Positions 1 through 14,020 of a stretch of DNA of 64,000 nt are shown piece by piece. This DNA comes from Octopus sinensis (taxonomy: Eukaryota). The stretch covers positions 82,522,001 through 82,586,000 of the forward strand of contig NC_043003.1 of assembly GCF_006345805.1 (NCBI RefSeq). Direction: 5' to 3'. Both the position numbers and the translations under genes were made by a program. The notes under the pieces were generated by a model, which was not told the DNA's origin, did not search any database, and saw only the letters and a list, made by a program, of their open reading frames with translations. Each line of letters begins with the position of its first letter. The first letter of the stretch is position 1.

Positions 1-508
1 GAGAGACGTTGTAAAAGAGAAATATTGCTCCTTAGATGCATGGAGAAATGAGTGAAGATTCGATGTAGGTGTTTGTGTAGGGAATGATTTCTGTAGCAGG
101 TGTTGGGCCTTTGATCCGGATCCATGGTAATCTGAATGCAGCCATATAGAAAAATATCGTTCTACAATATGTCCCAGCTCTTAAGTCATCGCCAGCTCGT
201 CAGCCAATCTTTATGCACGAAAATGCGCAATGCCACAGTGCTAAAATAGTTAAGGCAGTGTTTAAAGCTGAAAACATTACTGAGATGGGTTGGCCAGCTC
301 AGAGTCCTGACCTTAATCCCATTGAAAACTTATGGAAGATACTTGGTGATAAGATAAGAGAGCACCGACCTGCGAATGTTACGACTTTGTAGTAAAAACA
401 CCTGGAAGAATGGAGTAAAACTAGGTCAGAACAATGTAAGTGGTCAAATTCTGTGGATGAAGATGTTTTGAAGTCATTGAAAATAATGGAATGTATACAT
501 CTTATTAA
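1..508 (+). mobile_element. Tc1-family (DD34E) transposase, C-terminal remnant running off the window start
   Basis: Frame from 75 reads V*GMISVAGVGPLIRIHG...IFMHENAQCH...WPAQSPDLNPIENLW, with in-frame stops. WPAQSPDLNPIE is the Tc1 catalytic E motif. Confidence 0.85.
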
Positions 509-549
509 TATGTTGGTGTGGATTTTGATTTCTTGAATTTTGTCACACG

Positions 550-773
550 TTACTCTTTACTCTTTTACTCTTTTACTTGTTTCAGTCATTTGACTGCGGC
601 CATGCTGGAGCACCGCCTTTAATCGAGCAACTCGATCCCGGGACTTATTCTTTTGTAAGTCCAGTACTTATTCTATCGGTCTATTTTGCCGAACCGCTAA
701 GTAACGGGGACATAAACACACCATCGGTTGTCATGCAATGCTAGGGGGACAAACACAGACACACAAACACACA

Positions 774-805
<32 letters not shown>

Positions 806-968
806 CGACGGGATTCTTTCAGTTTCCGTCTACCAAATCCGCTCATAAGGCTTTGGTCGGCCCGAGGCTATAGTAGAAGACACTTGCCGAAGGTGCCACG
901 CAGTGGGACTGAACCCGGAACCATGTGGTTGGTAAACAAGCTACTTACCACACAGCCACTCCTGCACC
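550..968 (-). mobile_element. SINE family A (tRNA-derived head, CORE-like segment, internal TG/TA microsatellite, TAAAAGAG-repeat tail)
   Basis: Minus strand has A-box-like TGGCTGTGTGG, B-box-like GGTTCAGTCCC and a short tandem tail. At least 7 similar copies occur in the window. Confidence 0.85.
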
Positions 969-3900
969 TGTCAAATTTTGTCCAGCTTGTATTTTTCAAA
1001 TAAATATGTTTCTATTATAAATTAATTATTAATCACATCCTACAAAATATATTGTAAAGAATGAAAATGCTTTAAAGTATATACAGTAAAAATCCCATTC
1101 GGAAAAATAAAGTAGAAATGTAAATACCTATAATTTTTTATTTTCGTTCTCTAATTTTGGCCTCTACTATGTATATATAATGCATGTATGGTTGTATGTA
1201 TGTAGACACACTCATACATCAGTGTGGGCATACCTCTGTGGAGGGTGGCGAAAGACATGCATATCAGTAAGAAAAAGTGAACAATCAGTATCATTCTATT
1301 GTCACTCTTACTGACAGAAAGCAAGCGGGTTAGTGAATGATTGGTTGGAAACCTGTAACCAACCACACTATTGTTTACTAAATTCGATATGCAATAGATA
1401 TAAATAAATATGTAAATAAATCAATTTTAGCAGCTTTTAAGTTATGTGCAGTGTTCCGTGTGCGTGGTTTAATGGACCGTGCGTTTCACTTTTACTCAAC
1501 CGCTTGGACTGCATTAGTTATTTACTCGCTTGCTTACTTCGAATCATAGGTTTAGTAACATTGTCTAACTGTCTAACTGCTAGAGGCTGCCATATACATA
1601 GTCGTTATCATAGTGGTGGTAGAAGCTAGGAGAAATTGGAAAATACCAAGGTGTTTCTGATATATCGACGGAGAAGAATTAGATGATGATGAGGAGGATG
1701 AGAAGGAGGAGGGAAGGAAGGGGTGGAGGAGAAGAAAGAGGAGGGGATAAGAAGGAGTATATTGTTGTTGGAAAGGAGAAGGTAAGAAAGTTAAAGGAAT
1801 GTAATTAACTGCGCATCATCGTGTAGCGCTCCCAAATATATTGGTATATCTCGGTTTAGAGAAGAAATTCAGAAGAAATTAAAAACAAAGCAAAAAAAAA
1901 AAGAAAAGAAAACAGTCAAAAGTGAGCAAAGAAAATATATTTCTGAGTTTAGTTTTGGAAAAGCGCAAAAAAAAAAGTCTCTGTACAAAATAACCAAGTG
2001 TGAATTTCAATCTACGGAAGCATGCAGCTAGTAATAATGAAACTATATAAGAATGGGAATGTTCACGACTTTAATATTTATGTGACCAATAGAACGCGAA
2101 CATTTGAACCACTACTGGCTACATAAATGCAGAGAGAATATTTCATATTCTGTACGACACGATTATCTTTCAAATAGACTCGGTGAAAATTCAAATTCTC
2201 TCACATCTTATGTCAGATTTACACTATGAATGTCCCAGATGATACGAACAAAACAGTGACGCATAAGCAACAGCAGAATAACAACTATATTTTCGCTACA
2301 CAGTAGCACACTGTACTTGAAGGAACACCTGAATATATAAATTATCTTGGTAATGCACAAATAATAGACAGTATACAATAGACATAGAAATGAAACAGAT
2401 ACTTGAATGCAGAAACATACTGGAAATAGAAGTGAAAACAAATAGCACTCAAGTAAAGATAATATTTGCAGATAACATAGTAAAATGGATGTAGATTTAC
2501 TATAAAGACACTCCTTAACATAAAAACAGAAAATCACAAGTTTAGAATAAAACTCCAGACATACAGGCAGACACATCTAACAATATGTATCAAGAAATAA
2601 CATCGACGATTACTGATATAAAGAAAACAGAAATTCTAAAATCGATAACACCAGTACGAAAATATTAATATGACTATTTCAGAAGAGTTACTTTCGTTTC
2701 AAAACCTTAACATTAAAAACAAAGAATGTTTACCTGAGAAATATATAATTAAGTATCATTGGTACACAGTAGCAAACTTTAATTCAGCTTTCAAGAAAGT
2801 TTTAAAGAAACAAGCAAGTATTATCAATATTGATATCAATATGGTCAATATTCATGTCAATGTTCATGCCCATATTGATAAAATAGATCAGCGATGGAGA
2901 TAATCAATGCTAAAATAACATTAAATTATATGCGTGGGTTTCTAATATTTCAACTCAACTTCTCAAATCTTAAAGGAAATGTATTATAAAGATAATACAA
3001 CTGATTCGATGAATGTGAAACGTTCCTAAAGTAATGCTCTACTAACACGTCAGTCAGATTATGTGTGGTAGGATTTTTTTGTGTGGATAGGATGGAATTA
3101 TATAATAGAAACTCTTCCATGATGATATCTGTTTTTACAAATTTCCGAGTAGAAACCATATTGATGCACATAAATTATGATACGAGATAAATCGAAATGC
3201 TTCTGTCGCACATTTGTCCATCCATTTCGTCTGTAAGAACTTATCGTAGAAGAAAAAAATCTAGTTCATTCAGGAATGGAGCCACTAAGCATTGAATATA
3301 AAAGGAATTTACTGCATATACAACAACGTTTTATTCTTCTTTATTTACTAAATTCTCGAAGAATTTCCGATAAGTCGTATATCTGAAATATGTGACACAA
3401 TATAATTAGCAGGGAGAGAGTGCTTCTTTATGTATGTGTTGCGTTTAAATCATAAATGTATTCTTCCAAGTAATTGTCTATAGTAATTCAGCAAAAATGA
3501 ACAACTAATGGACTATTTAAGTATTCTGAGAGAAAGTATGAAGAGACAAAGATTGTCATATTATATATGCACAAATGATTGTGAAAAGAGTAATATTCAG
3601 AAGGATGTTTGTAAAAACAACATAATTTGGAAATATTAAAAATTGCAAAACATAATAAGACAGAAAAGCGAGAGGCAGTAACATAATTTAGAACTTGTGA
3701 ATATATAAATTTTCATTTATCTCAGAAAGTAACCGAAAATGCATGTTAAAGCGAGAAAAAGTAGACATAATTTGTTTCTTGTCGTAATCATCTCTCAAGA
3801 AGTGAAAGTGCAAATGTTAACGACATACATGACTTTAATATGCATAAATCAAGATACAATAGTTTATCATCGATGAAAAATGAATGCCCAGCTATAAACA

Positions 3901-5483
3901 TAGAAGGAAAATTCAAATAGCATATTAGAGCAAACATTTTTTGGCAAAAGAAAACCAATCAACTATAACTGCTTATGGTTGAAACATTCAACGAATTAAC
4001 AATCAGATATTGGTTTGGTGTTAGGAAGTTATTTTTGTGACTATGTTGTTCTGGATTTGATCCACTTGATGGCTGTTTGGATAAGTATGTAATATTAACA
4101 TCAGGTTGGCCTGATCTGACTATTGAATTGAATCGTGAATCCGATAAACAAAATTTCAAGAAAGTTGTATTGTGTATATTTGTGTGTGTCTTGGTGTATA
4201 TCAGCGAAGAATATAAATATCGACAAGGATATCGAGGAAAACAGTTCTTTTCGAGTGAATGCCCTTGTTGTAGTTCTTGTTCTTCATCGAATTAGCATGG
4301 GTGTTGCCACTCAACAGGCGAAAATGCAACAAACCAATGATTGACCTACTGATCGAAATCTTTTATGCACTGTTCACGTGTTTACAAATTCCGACATAGC
4401 TATGGTAGATACCGACATTAGATGCAAGAAACAGAACAGAATCTGATAAAAGGGAATAAATCTAAGCTAAAAGTTTGAAGAGGGATCACTATCTCCGCCC
4501 TCTAACAAACTGAAATTCACTCTTCTTGACAAAATAAATAACCTAAAAAAGCTATTAAGAAGCTAAAGGAAGTAAAAGATATATCAATCGGGAAAGAGTT
4601 GGGCTCCAATTTGTGGAGGATCTGGCTGCAAGTAAAATTCGCAAAAATTATCTATGAAGTTCTACTGCACAATTTCATACAGGATGTGGAAGATTTCGTG
4701 CCCAGACCAACTAGGGATAATTATAGGAATTTTCAGGTATGCCAATTTTGAGCGTAGCAGCAACAAATTCTAAGAGCGAGTTCAAACATACTGTAGCTGA
4801 TTTGATCCCATCCATGGCCAGACAGATAAACCTAAGTATCTGTCACTTTTCAAAATTTTTAATGATATATTTTAATAGGTGGAGTAACAAAATTATTATA
4901 GCATAAGAGAAAATTCCTTACAATCATTAGTTACATCCCTAACTTTGTTTTCAAAATCATTCCGATGTGAATTTCACTTTTCCTCATTTGAGGGTCGAGA
5001 AAATGTCTACCAGTCAAGTAAAATGTTTCATTTAATCAATTATACGCCATATCCAAATCTGAAATTTGTCTCTGCGCTAGAAATTAGATACCGATTATTT
5101 AAATTATTGTCTTTTTAATATAATTTTTTACACATGATGTTGGTTTTGTATCAATTTTTAATAGATTCATTGTATAAGGTTCTAACACTTACTTCTTTTT
5201 AAAATAACTGCTTGAACTCTGCTACATTTATAACCCATAATTTTTATAATTCATAGTATTTGCCGTGGGATAAAAATAAATTGCTGTTTCATTTTATCGA
5301 ATAAGTATGCTGTACTAAAAGAATCTGAGCATCACCTAATAAAATACCTTACCGTAATTTAGTAATGGCAATTTCTGTAGTGTGTTCCAAAATTTGCCTT
5401 TCGTGTCTTTGTTGTAAATAAAATCCAGTCTTTTTCTTCAACAGTTCAGGCCTTGTGCTTATGTGAGAAACTGTAGGGTAAGT

Positions 5484-5677
5484 TGGCGAACTGGCAAAAT
5501 CGTTAGCACACCGGGAAAAATACTTTGTGGCATTTCACCCGTCTCCGCCGAGATCGACTTTGCCTTTCACACTCGTGGTAGATAAAATGACTACCAGTTG
5601 ATCATTAGAGTCGATATAATCGACTTTCCAGCTCCCTTCGACTGGCTGGCCTTGTGTCAGAATTTTAAACTAATATT
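5484..5677 (+). mobile_element. SINE family B, degenerate copy
   Basis: Aligns by eye to the copies at 18446 and 60202 (gttagcac..., gactttgcctttca, gtcgatataatcgac). Confidence 0.65.
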
Positions 5678-6493
5678 ACGTTAGGGTCATTGATAGATAA
5701 TCATATTCTGTCTTTACACTGCATCTAAATGCATTTTGACTTCAAATCTCAGTAACGTTGATTTTCTATAGCCTACTTTTCAAATTCGATGAAATAATTA
5801 CCCGTGGAGTACTCTTCTACTGAAGCATGGCATGTTGCCAATGTTCAAGTCATTGTTATAACTATTATATACTAATGATACTTGTTTGACCAAAATGTAA
5901 GAGAAATTGAGTTAAATACCGAAAAGTGGTTCCTTTAGCCTCTTTACGTTTTAAGATGAAATTCTGTTGGGGGTCGACTGGTGTTTTTCATTCAACTGTA
6001 GTCGATAAAATAAGAACTAAAGTAAATTCGATCGATTATGCACTTCACTTTCGCATTTATAATATTGTGGCAATGTGAGAAAACATTATTATAGTAATCG
6101 TAGTGAATTCAATGATAAAAAGTGACATTAGAATAACATAAAGCTGCTGGGAAAAAAAATAAAATAAAAGCTACCAGTGGAGGAGGGCGAAAAGCGAAGC
6201 AAACAAGAAATTTGAAACATCGCAAAATGGTCTTTCTCGTTCAGTAATCAAGACAAACATTTTAAAACTTTGACAAAACAATAGAAAATTAATATTTTGA
6301 CGATTTCAATATTACTCTTAGCGTTATTAATTTACATAAATGCATACTTTCCGATACATAAGCTGAAAAAATTCTTTGATATTTCATTAGAATTGATTAT
6401 TACTATGTTCAGTTGAAAAACGTTTGTTTAATCTTGCATTACTATCGAGTATGAACATACTTTTTAATGCTTACATATGTATGTGCATGCATA

Positions 6494-6495
<2 letters not shown>

Positions 6496-6541
<46 letters not shown>
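6496..6541. repeat. (TA)n microsatellite
   Basis: Pure TA run. Confidence 0.95.
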
Positions 6542-6543
<2 letters not shown>

Positions 6544-7661
6544 AAAACCGAAATATGTATACATACATAGTGATATTTTAATATCGAAATTGCAATTCAC
6601 TTAAAAACCATCCTACTTATTATTCATAGATTTTTTTTTATTTTGGTGCATGTGGCCATAGCTGAAGATATTTATTACTGAAGGGAATAATGACTAGTCG
6701 TTTGAGAGAGTCGTCAGCATACATTCCCGATTTAATTTCACTCTATTTATTAGACAAGTAAGCTAAAAACGTGTACTACGTCAAGATACGTACTCCGATT
6801 AACGGATTGCAAAAAGTGTGACTAAAATTCGGTATGGTAGAATTTCATACAAGAGAGAGAGAGAGAGGGGCGGGGAGAGCGAATATTTAATCTGATGACA
6901 GAATAATATTGCTAATGTGATGATGTTCTAATAGGAGCAGTCGAATATATTAAACACACGTTAGAACTTATCGTCATATAATCGACGTCAAACTATGTGG
7001 GCTTTGAAAATATACGAAATGGAAGACAATTTAATACCAGCCCGCATTTTGTCTACTTAGTCATTAAGACCGATGAAAGCGCTAAGAGTCGATTTCTCCA
7101 TGCACCATTAATATTATTTCTAACACAGTTAATACACTGAAATACTTTGAGGTGAAATTGAAATTGACTTAATTTGTAGACTGTTAACGTTTTGACAGGC
7201 CACAAAGATGAATAACGCTGAAGACAAATTCTGTAGGATTGAAACGTTGGTCGTAGGACTTGGAAAGCAAAGCGAAGCAAGTAAACTACTAGGAATTTTG
7301 TCTATGGCTCCCTACTGTTTTCTGGTAGGGGTGTGGTCTTAGATGTTAGTGAAAGATTCACCCGACAGATGCATTCGTCATACTAGTTATATAAAAAAAG
7401 TTCTGTATAGTATCATGTAATCATTGTGCAGACACCGAAGAAGTGTTTCTTTAATCGCTTTCGTCGTACTTTATGTACGGTCGGCAAATATGTTGTCCCT
7501 GCAGAGTTTATCTTGAGTGCTTAGTGGCCCGTGTAGCTCTGAAAAACCAGGTTATTTAAAAATTTTCGTAAGACCCTGGTACTCACTAAATAAAACCACT
7601 CACTGGTGTCAGTTAGCATTCAGATTTTCATCCAGTATAACTTAAATCACTCGCTCATTTA

Positions 7662-7813
7662 ATTCTGTGCAGATTTTTTTTGCAAATGTTCCCAAATGTT
7701 CTACAACCGTCTAGGTTAATCGATGTACTAAGAACAAATTCTCAGCAGATTTTTTTGTGCAAATGTTCTAAATGTTCTACAAACGTCTAGGTTAATAGAT
7801 GTATTAAGAACAG
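7662..7813. repeat. Tandem duplication, ~76-bp unit x2
   Basis: attctgtgcagatttt...tgcaaatgtt...gtctaggttaat.gatgta.taagaaca occurs at 7662 and again at 7738. Confidence 0.85.
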
Positions 7814-8364
7814 AGGGGCTGACGCCATTTTATAACTCGGGTGTTCATTTTTAGTATTCACATGACTAGCATGGAGAGCAAAGAGTGAAAGAAAATAAAA
7901 CAAAAGATTGCTTAACAAAATCAACAACCAAATCGAACGCGTAAATATGAATTAGCGACAAACCCCACCGAACTTTAATGCAATGAAATATGTGCTCAAG
8001 GTAAAATAACGCTTGAAACCAGAAATATTTACAAAATCGCAAACAATCTGTGGCTGAATACAAATAGTTCGAATCCATGCTAAAATAATTTATGAAGAAC
8101 TATATGAAAGTTAGAAATAAAAATCACTGCATTACCACCCGGAAGAGAACTGAGATAATTTTAGAGATGGAAGGACACCGAAGTAACGTCATGAAGGAAA
8201 ACTTGAAAATAGCATACAAGAAATAGGTAGCATAATTTTATATGTATATAACACACAATACTCTAAATAAAATACTCTAAATAACAGCTGTTATTTGCGA
8301 CCGTTTATGACTTTGTAACCTAATATGTATCATACTTTTGAGAATTGTTTGAAGTGACTTTGCA

Positions 8365-8445
8365 GGTGGTACGGCATGTGGATTAGAGCCTAGGACATTC
8401 GGCTTATGACCACAAAGTGGTAGGTTCAATATCTGGAACGAGAGC
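8365..8445 (+). mobile_element. Degenerate tRNA-like SINE head (family C-like)
   Basis: ggcatgtggattagagc...taggttcaatatc resembles the head at 51205. Confidence 0.35.
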
Positions 8446-8815
8446 GTGGGTGGGTATGACCTTACTAAATTATTAATGTGTACCAGTAAGGATTTGGTAT
8501 TTCCCTACACTCAGAATCCATATCTTGTATGTGCCGCTGGGTCAAGAATGAAGCGAGTGAACGAGTATCTGCTCACAACTCTATATGCATCTGAAGCAAT
8601 TAGTGAAATCAAGATATATTGTACGCTGATATACTTGTACAACCAGTGTGAGCTGAAATGTGCATAGGCTGAATAGGAAGGAGTGATGCTAAAACTGTGA
8701 TGTCTTACATGCATTAATTTCAACTCTTACTAAAAACTGCATTGTTTAGTTATAGCTAAACTGATATTTTGTTCAATGAAAACTTCAAAATATCTAGTAG
8801 CGATTTCTCTTGAAA

Positions 8816-9770
8816 ATGAACAAACTTTGACATAGTTGTGTTATCAAGTATCTGTAGAAAAAATGATTTAAACCCCAAGGACATTCATGCTGACATGGTT
8901 GCTATATTAAGGGATAACGCTCCATATTTATCAACAGTTAAAAAGTGGGCAGCTGAATCTAAGAAGGAAAGGGAGAGTCTTGAACAGGACCGAAGGTCTG
9001 GACGTCCTGCATTGTCACCACCGAGGAAAACATTAACTGTGTTTATCACATGATACTAGATGACAGGCAACAGATGATAAATCAAACAGCCAATGTTACT
9101 AGCATAACCTGAGGGTGAGTTGAGAATATTCTCCGCAATGAATGTGGCCTGCTCGGGGGATGTACATCTGGCACTTGATCGAAAGGCTCATCACATCACG
9201 GAAAAATCTGAGATTGCTTCAGGCAGATCCACTTGGCTTCCTGGAACGTTCGCTAATCCAGGATGGGTGTTGGAAATATCACTTTGTGTCAGAGATTAAG
9301 AGGCTATCCATGCAGTGGAGACACACCTCTTCATCTGCTACAAAGAAGGCCAAGAACGTTTCATCACAAGGGAAGGTATTATCCTCAGAAAAACCGGCGA
9401 AAGGCATCATGTTTTACTAAAACAATGTTCCAGCACATAGTTCGTTGGTTTCCATGGCTGCTTTAAACTAGTTGATCACCCACCCTATTCTGATTGGACA
9501 TCATCTGACTATCGTTTACTTCCCGACATGAAGAAACACTTGGATGTTAGCCAGTATGGCAGTGATGTTGACGCCATATCTACTACTAATTACATTTTTG
9601 ACCAACAAGACGGAAGCTCCTTCCCTAAGTGGATCCATCCTTGCAATACCGAAGAAAGAAGTGTGTTGATTGCAATAGAAGGTATGTTCTAAGTTTTTAA
9701 GTTAAACATCATTTGATTACATCACATGAGAGTGTCTTGATCAAACACTGAGCTTTTCAACCGACCCTTG
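8816..9770 (+). mobile_element. mariner (DD34D-type) transposon remnant with right TIR
   Basis: HTH region NPKDIHADMVAILRDNAPYLSTVKKWAAE...RRSGRP. Also KYHFVSEIKRLSMQW and DHPPYSDWTSSDY (decayed YSPDLAPSDY). TIR-like end CTTTTCAACCGACCCTTG followed by TA at 9771. Left TIR not found. Confidence 0.85.
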
Positions 9771-12029
9771 TATGTAGGTATGAGCAAACTTAGTCACTTT
9801 CTAAATTTCATCGGTCGGAATATGCAGAATGTGACAGCTGGTGGTGAAGAGGATTACATTAGCACCCTAGTGGTGCTCTTTACAGTTAAATAGAATGAAT
9901 AGTGGAAAATTAGGCACCTGTTCAAAGATACAATGATATGCACAGTCTCGGAATTAAACTGGAGTCTTTCACTACTTTGAATACAAGTAAAGAAATCACT
10001 ACATCTTACCTGAATGTATGTAGCTGCAGTCGGATTCCTATTGAATGCATGCAACAGAAATAATGATTGTATGATTTTTGTCTGAAAGAGTGTCACAAAT
10101 TCTTCAATGCAGATGTTAATAAGTTACGTGCAATTGTCGTTTCCTTAACAGAATGTGATCTAATGTGATCTGAAGTCCACAAACAAATAAAGGAGAAGAT
10201 AATCGATAAACAGGCGCTCAGTATATTTTAATTCTCGCTTCACCTCACAATGTAAAGGAGATTAACAATTCAATATCGGAAAGGATTTTTCGAAAGACTC
10301 ATTGTTTTTGCTGTCTACTGCATTGAAACTTTTGCGAGCATAGATGAACAAATATGATGCAGTATTGAATCCATCAATAACGCTGATTAAATGATAAATC
10401 AATAGTTCTAACCTGACAGGATTGAGATTCGCCTTATATCTCTCTGTGGACCTTTTAAGTATCAATAATGTTCGGTATCCATTCAATCAATTATATATTC
10501 TTATCCTGCATGCAAATGTGTGTTCTGGTGCCTCTGTTATAGCACTCCAATATTAATCTCTAGTCCATTTGTATTTGTATTTTTCAGGAAAATGAATATG
10601 TCTGGCTCTGTTTAATAACAGTAATGAGGAGCGTTTAGAGATTTTGAAGTGGAATTAATGGAATAAGTTTTCAGTTATAAAATTTGTATCAGGAGAAAAT
10701 GTGCCAATAAAACAATAAATGTGTTTAAGGAACAAAGTTACAGTTGGGTGTATTGTATGTCACACTTGGAGATATTTGGGTTTTCTTAAACGAAACAGAA
10801 GCATACGGCTTTGCTTATTGTAATTGAGCCTGGATTATATCTCATCGAGAATACTTATAATAAAAGATATTCCAGCCGTGACCATTCCATCAATTTTCTA
10901 GACACGCTGCATGTAGGACATTGTGCTCTTCGTTTCTCATGCGCTGTTCCTTTCTTCACTAAAGACGGAAGTATGTGACATTTGTATGTTAATTAGATGT
11001 TATTTGTAGCATTTCAGACGATAGGTTATACTTTCTCCCATTTGAAGACCCTCAGACAAAAAAGAAAAAAGTACATATTATCTACTGATATTTCGTTACA
11101 CTTGAGCTCAAATGTCTCCAATATCATCTTTCATTAGGTTCTTCCGAGATTGAAAAGTTATGTAGTAGTCACGTACTGGAGTTAATTTAATTAATTTTAC
11201 ATTTGAAGGCGGTGCTGCAGCATGGCCAATAAGTGAATAAAGGTTAGCTAAAATTTTGCGTATTCACAATCAAATAGAAAACGTGTGTAGTTACAGAAAA
11301 AGCATTAAAATGAGTAAGGTATATATCTATTGATATTAGAGTGAAAATAGTATTATACGTGATTTTCTTAAAAGAAGATTCAGAATTAGATTGAGAAGAA
11401 AAGAAAAGTGAGTGTTCAGGCAGTGGTATTGTGACTAATGGAATGATTCAGCATCCAATGTTTTCAATCCTAGAGTAATTCTGATTTGGTTTTGGCGACA
11501 TTGATATTTCCTCTTAAAGCAATAAGGCTACTCAATAATTCATATGAATAAATAGAATAATTGGAAGATATTTAAGAAAGAAATTTCATAGGAGTAGAAT
11601 TGAAGAAATGCTTGTAACTCGACCACTTGATATTCGGAACAAAGGATTGAAATAAATATGAAGATAAGCTCAACGTTAATAACATAGCAAAAGTAGATAA
11701 GAAAATCGACAAATAGCAGAACAAAAGGAAATAAAGAGAAATCTGAATTCTTCTATTTGCCTTACTAGGTTTGAAAGGAGCAAGGTCAGCCAGACATACT
11801 ATATATATAATACCGAACTAGGAATGAGAGAAAAGGAACATGGGAAGTGAGTTTGGTGAAGATTATAAATACTATGGGCAAAATATCCGTAGTTCTTATA
11901 CGGAAATGGATTAGACATCTCTTAAGATTTAATGTTTCACAGAAATTCTATGGAAACCACGATATACATATATTAGACGCGCTTGTTGAATAAATAAGCA
12001 ATATAGGAAAATTAACATCCGTATTAATA

Positions 12030-12418
12030 ACATTGGTTTAAAATGCTGTCACAAGGCCAGAAAATTTGCAGGGAATTGGTAAACCGATTATATCAACCCC
12101 AGTGTTCGACTACTACTGACTTTATTGGCCCCAAAAGGATGAACGGCAAAGTCAACTCCGGCGGAATTTGAACTAGACTCAGAACGTAAAGATGGAGGAA
12201 ATCTGCCAAGTAATAATGGTTTCAACTTTTGGCACAAGGCTAACAGGTTTGGAGGAGGGGTTAAATCGATGGATTTCAAGTGTTCAAGTGGTGCTTATTT
12301 CATCGACCCCGAAAGGATGAAAGGCAAAGTTGACCTAGGCGAAATTTGAAATCAGAACGTAAAAACATGCTAAATGCCGCAAAGCATCCTGCTGGGCGTG
12401 CTATCGATTCTCTCAACT
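12030..12418 (-). mobile_element. Two tandem degenerate SINE-B units
   Basis: ccc.aaaggatgaa.ggcaaagt..ac...ggc.gaatttgaa..cagaacgtaaa occurs twice. Confidence 0.7.
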
Positions 12419-12604
12419 GATAATATTAACCCTTATCTTTTGTAAGCTACTCAAACTGCAAACAACATGACAAAATTGCTTTCAGTGAAACCTGTATCAA
12501 GTTGATATTTGCAGAAAAGTATGTACTTTGGTACTATCTATTACATCTAACTTATGTAAATACTGGATACGCGCATGAAAGTACAAAATACACATGCATG
12601 TACA

Positions 12605-13020
12605 TGCGGACGTGGCTGTGTGGTAAGAAGCTTCATTTCGAAATCACAGTTCAGGGTTCAGTCCCACTGCATGGCAACTTGGGCGGGGGCTTCTACAACT
12701 ACTACAGCCTCAAACCAACCAAATACTTGTGAATCGATTTAGTAGAGTAATAAACGAAAACTGAAAGAAGACTGTTGTATGTCTATGTATGTATATGTGT
12801 GTGTGTGTGTGTTTTTGTGTTTGTTCTTCCGCCTCCGTTTGACAATCGGTGTTGGTGTATTTGCATACTCGTAACTTAGCGATTTGGCAAAATAGACCGA
12901 TAGAATAAGTACCAGGCATTAGAAATATACTGAAGTCTATTCATCGACTAAAAACATCAAAGCGGGGCTCGAGCATGGCCGCAGTCTAATGACTGAAACA
13001 AGTAAAAGATATAAAAGATA
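12605..13020 (+). mobile_element. SINE family A
   Basis: gtggctgtgtggtaagaagc...gggttcagtcccactgc head, internal (TG)n, tail gactgaaacaagtaaaaga. Confidence 0.8.
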
Positions 13021-13397
13021 TAGGTGTGTGTTTTGATACATGTGTTTATGTAGGAAATTCGTGTGATATATAAGATGATGGCAAAGCTGATAGATATTAG
13101 CTAACAAAAACTACAAGAAGAATGATATTGAAATTTTACCAGCAAAATGCTTTAATCTTAATATTTCGAATTAAAAGTTCCTGTTCAACCGCTTCACGGA
13201 GCAGGAGAAAGATAAGTCACGTACCCATTTAAACACTAGTCTGATATTGCTTGTAAGAACATAAATTCAACTAGCGTAAACGTGTAGCTTAAACGTGTAG
13301 CAATTTGTATTTCATGGTATAAGTCAGGATGCGATGACATGCAAGAAACAAGGAAGCAGTTCAAGTATTGAAATCATAGAAATTCCATCATCCACCA

Positions 13398-13800
13398 GAG
13401 AAACAAATGAGAAACAAGACAAGTACATAAAGAACGACCCTTCATAAGTCGTTGGCTGTCTATCTACTCCTCATTTCGAGCAATCAACGACTATATGAGG
13501 CCTCGAAAGGCAGTTGCTCCCGCGAGCCAAAATAAAATTTGGGATTTGCGGAGGGTCAAAGCTGGTAACAAAAACGGGACAGTGGAGACGTACAACAAAC
13601 CAAAGCGAAACAAACATGGAGGGCCGTTAGGTCAGACGAAGTAAGGTAGCGAACGCTGGAGGAATATTGTCTTTGACAAGAGAAAATATTGAAGAAGTGA
13701 CAGATAAGAATACGTCTGGTCTGTAAGACAGCCTGCAAGAAAAGAACGATGATCACGTCAGGAAAAGAAAGATGGACGATGGTCACGTGTGAGCAACGAG
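13398..13800 (-). repeat. Unclassified dispersed repeat X, left (inverted) copy; possibly a Penelope-type pseudo-LTR
   Basis: 13398-13642 is the reverse complement of 14021-14262 at roughly 80% identity by eye. Confidence 0.7.
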
Positions 13801-14020
13801 TGAGAGAGAGAGAGAGAGAGAGAGTAAAGGAGAAAAAAGGAGAGAGACAGACAGAACTACAGATTGAAAACGGTGAAGCGGAGAAAAAAGAATTAGAGAA
13901 AGGGTGAGAGAAAAACAAATGTGGGTGAAAGAGATAAAATGAATTAGAGAAAGGAAAAGAAAGAAAACGAAAGGTGGAGAGACAGAACAGCACAGGTTAA
14001 AGTCGCATCAAAATGATACG

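Noticed and set aside
2200-3300. A-rich strand-biased region suggestive of an ancient LINE
   Set aside because: No diagnostic motif could be reconstructed, so it is left unclassified.
5353-5470. Minus-strand 118-bp open exon candidate
   Set aside because: The acceptor context abuts a SINE, and an open frame of this length is unremarkable by chance.
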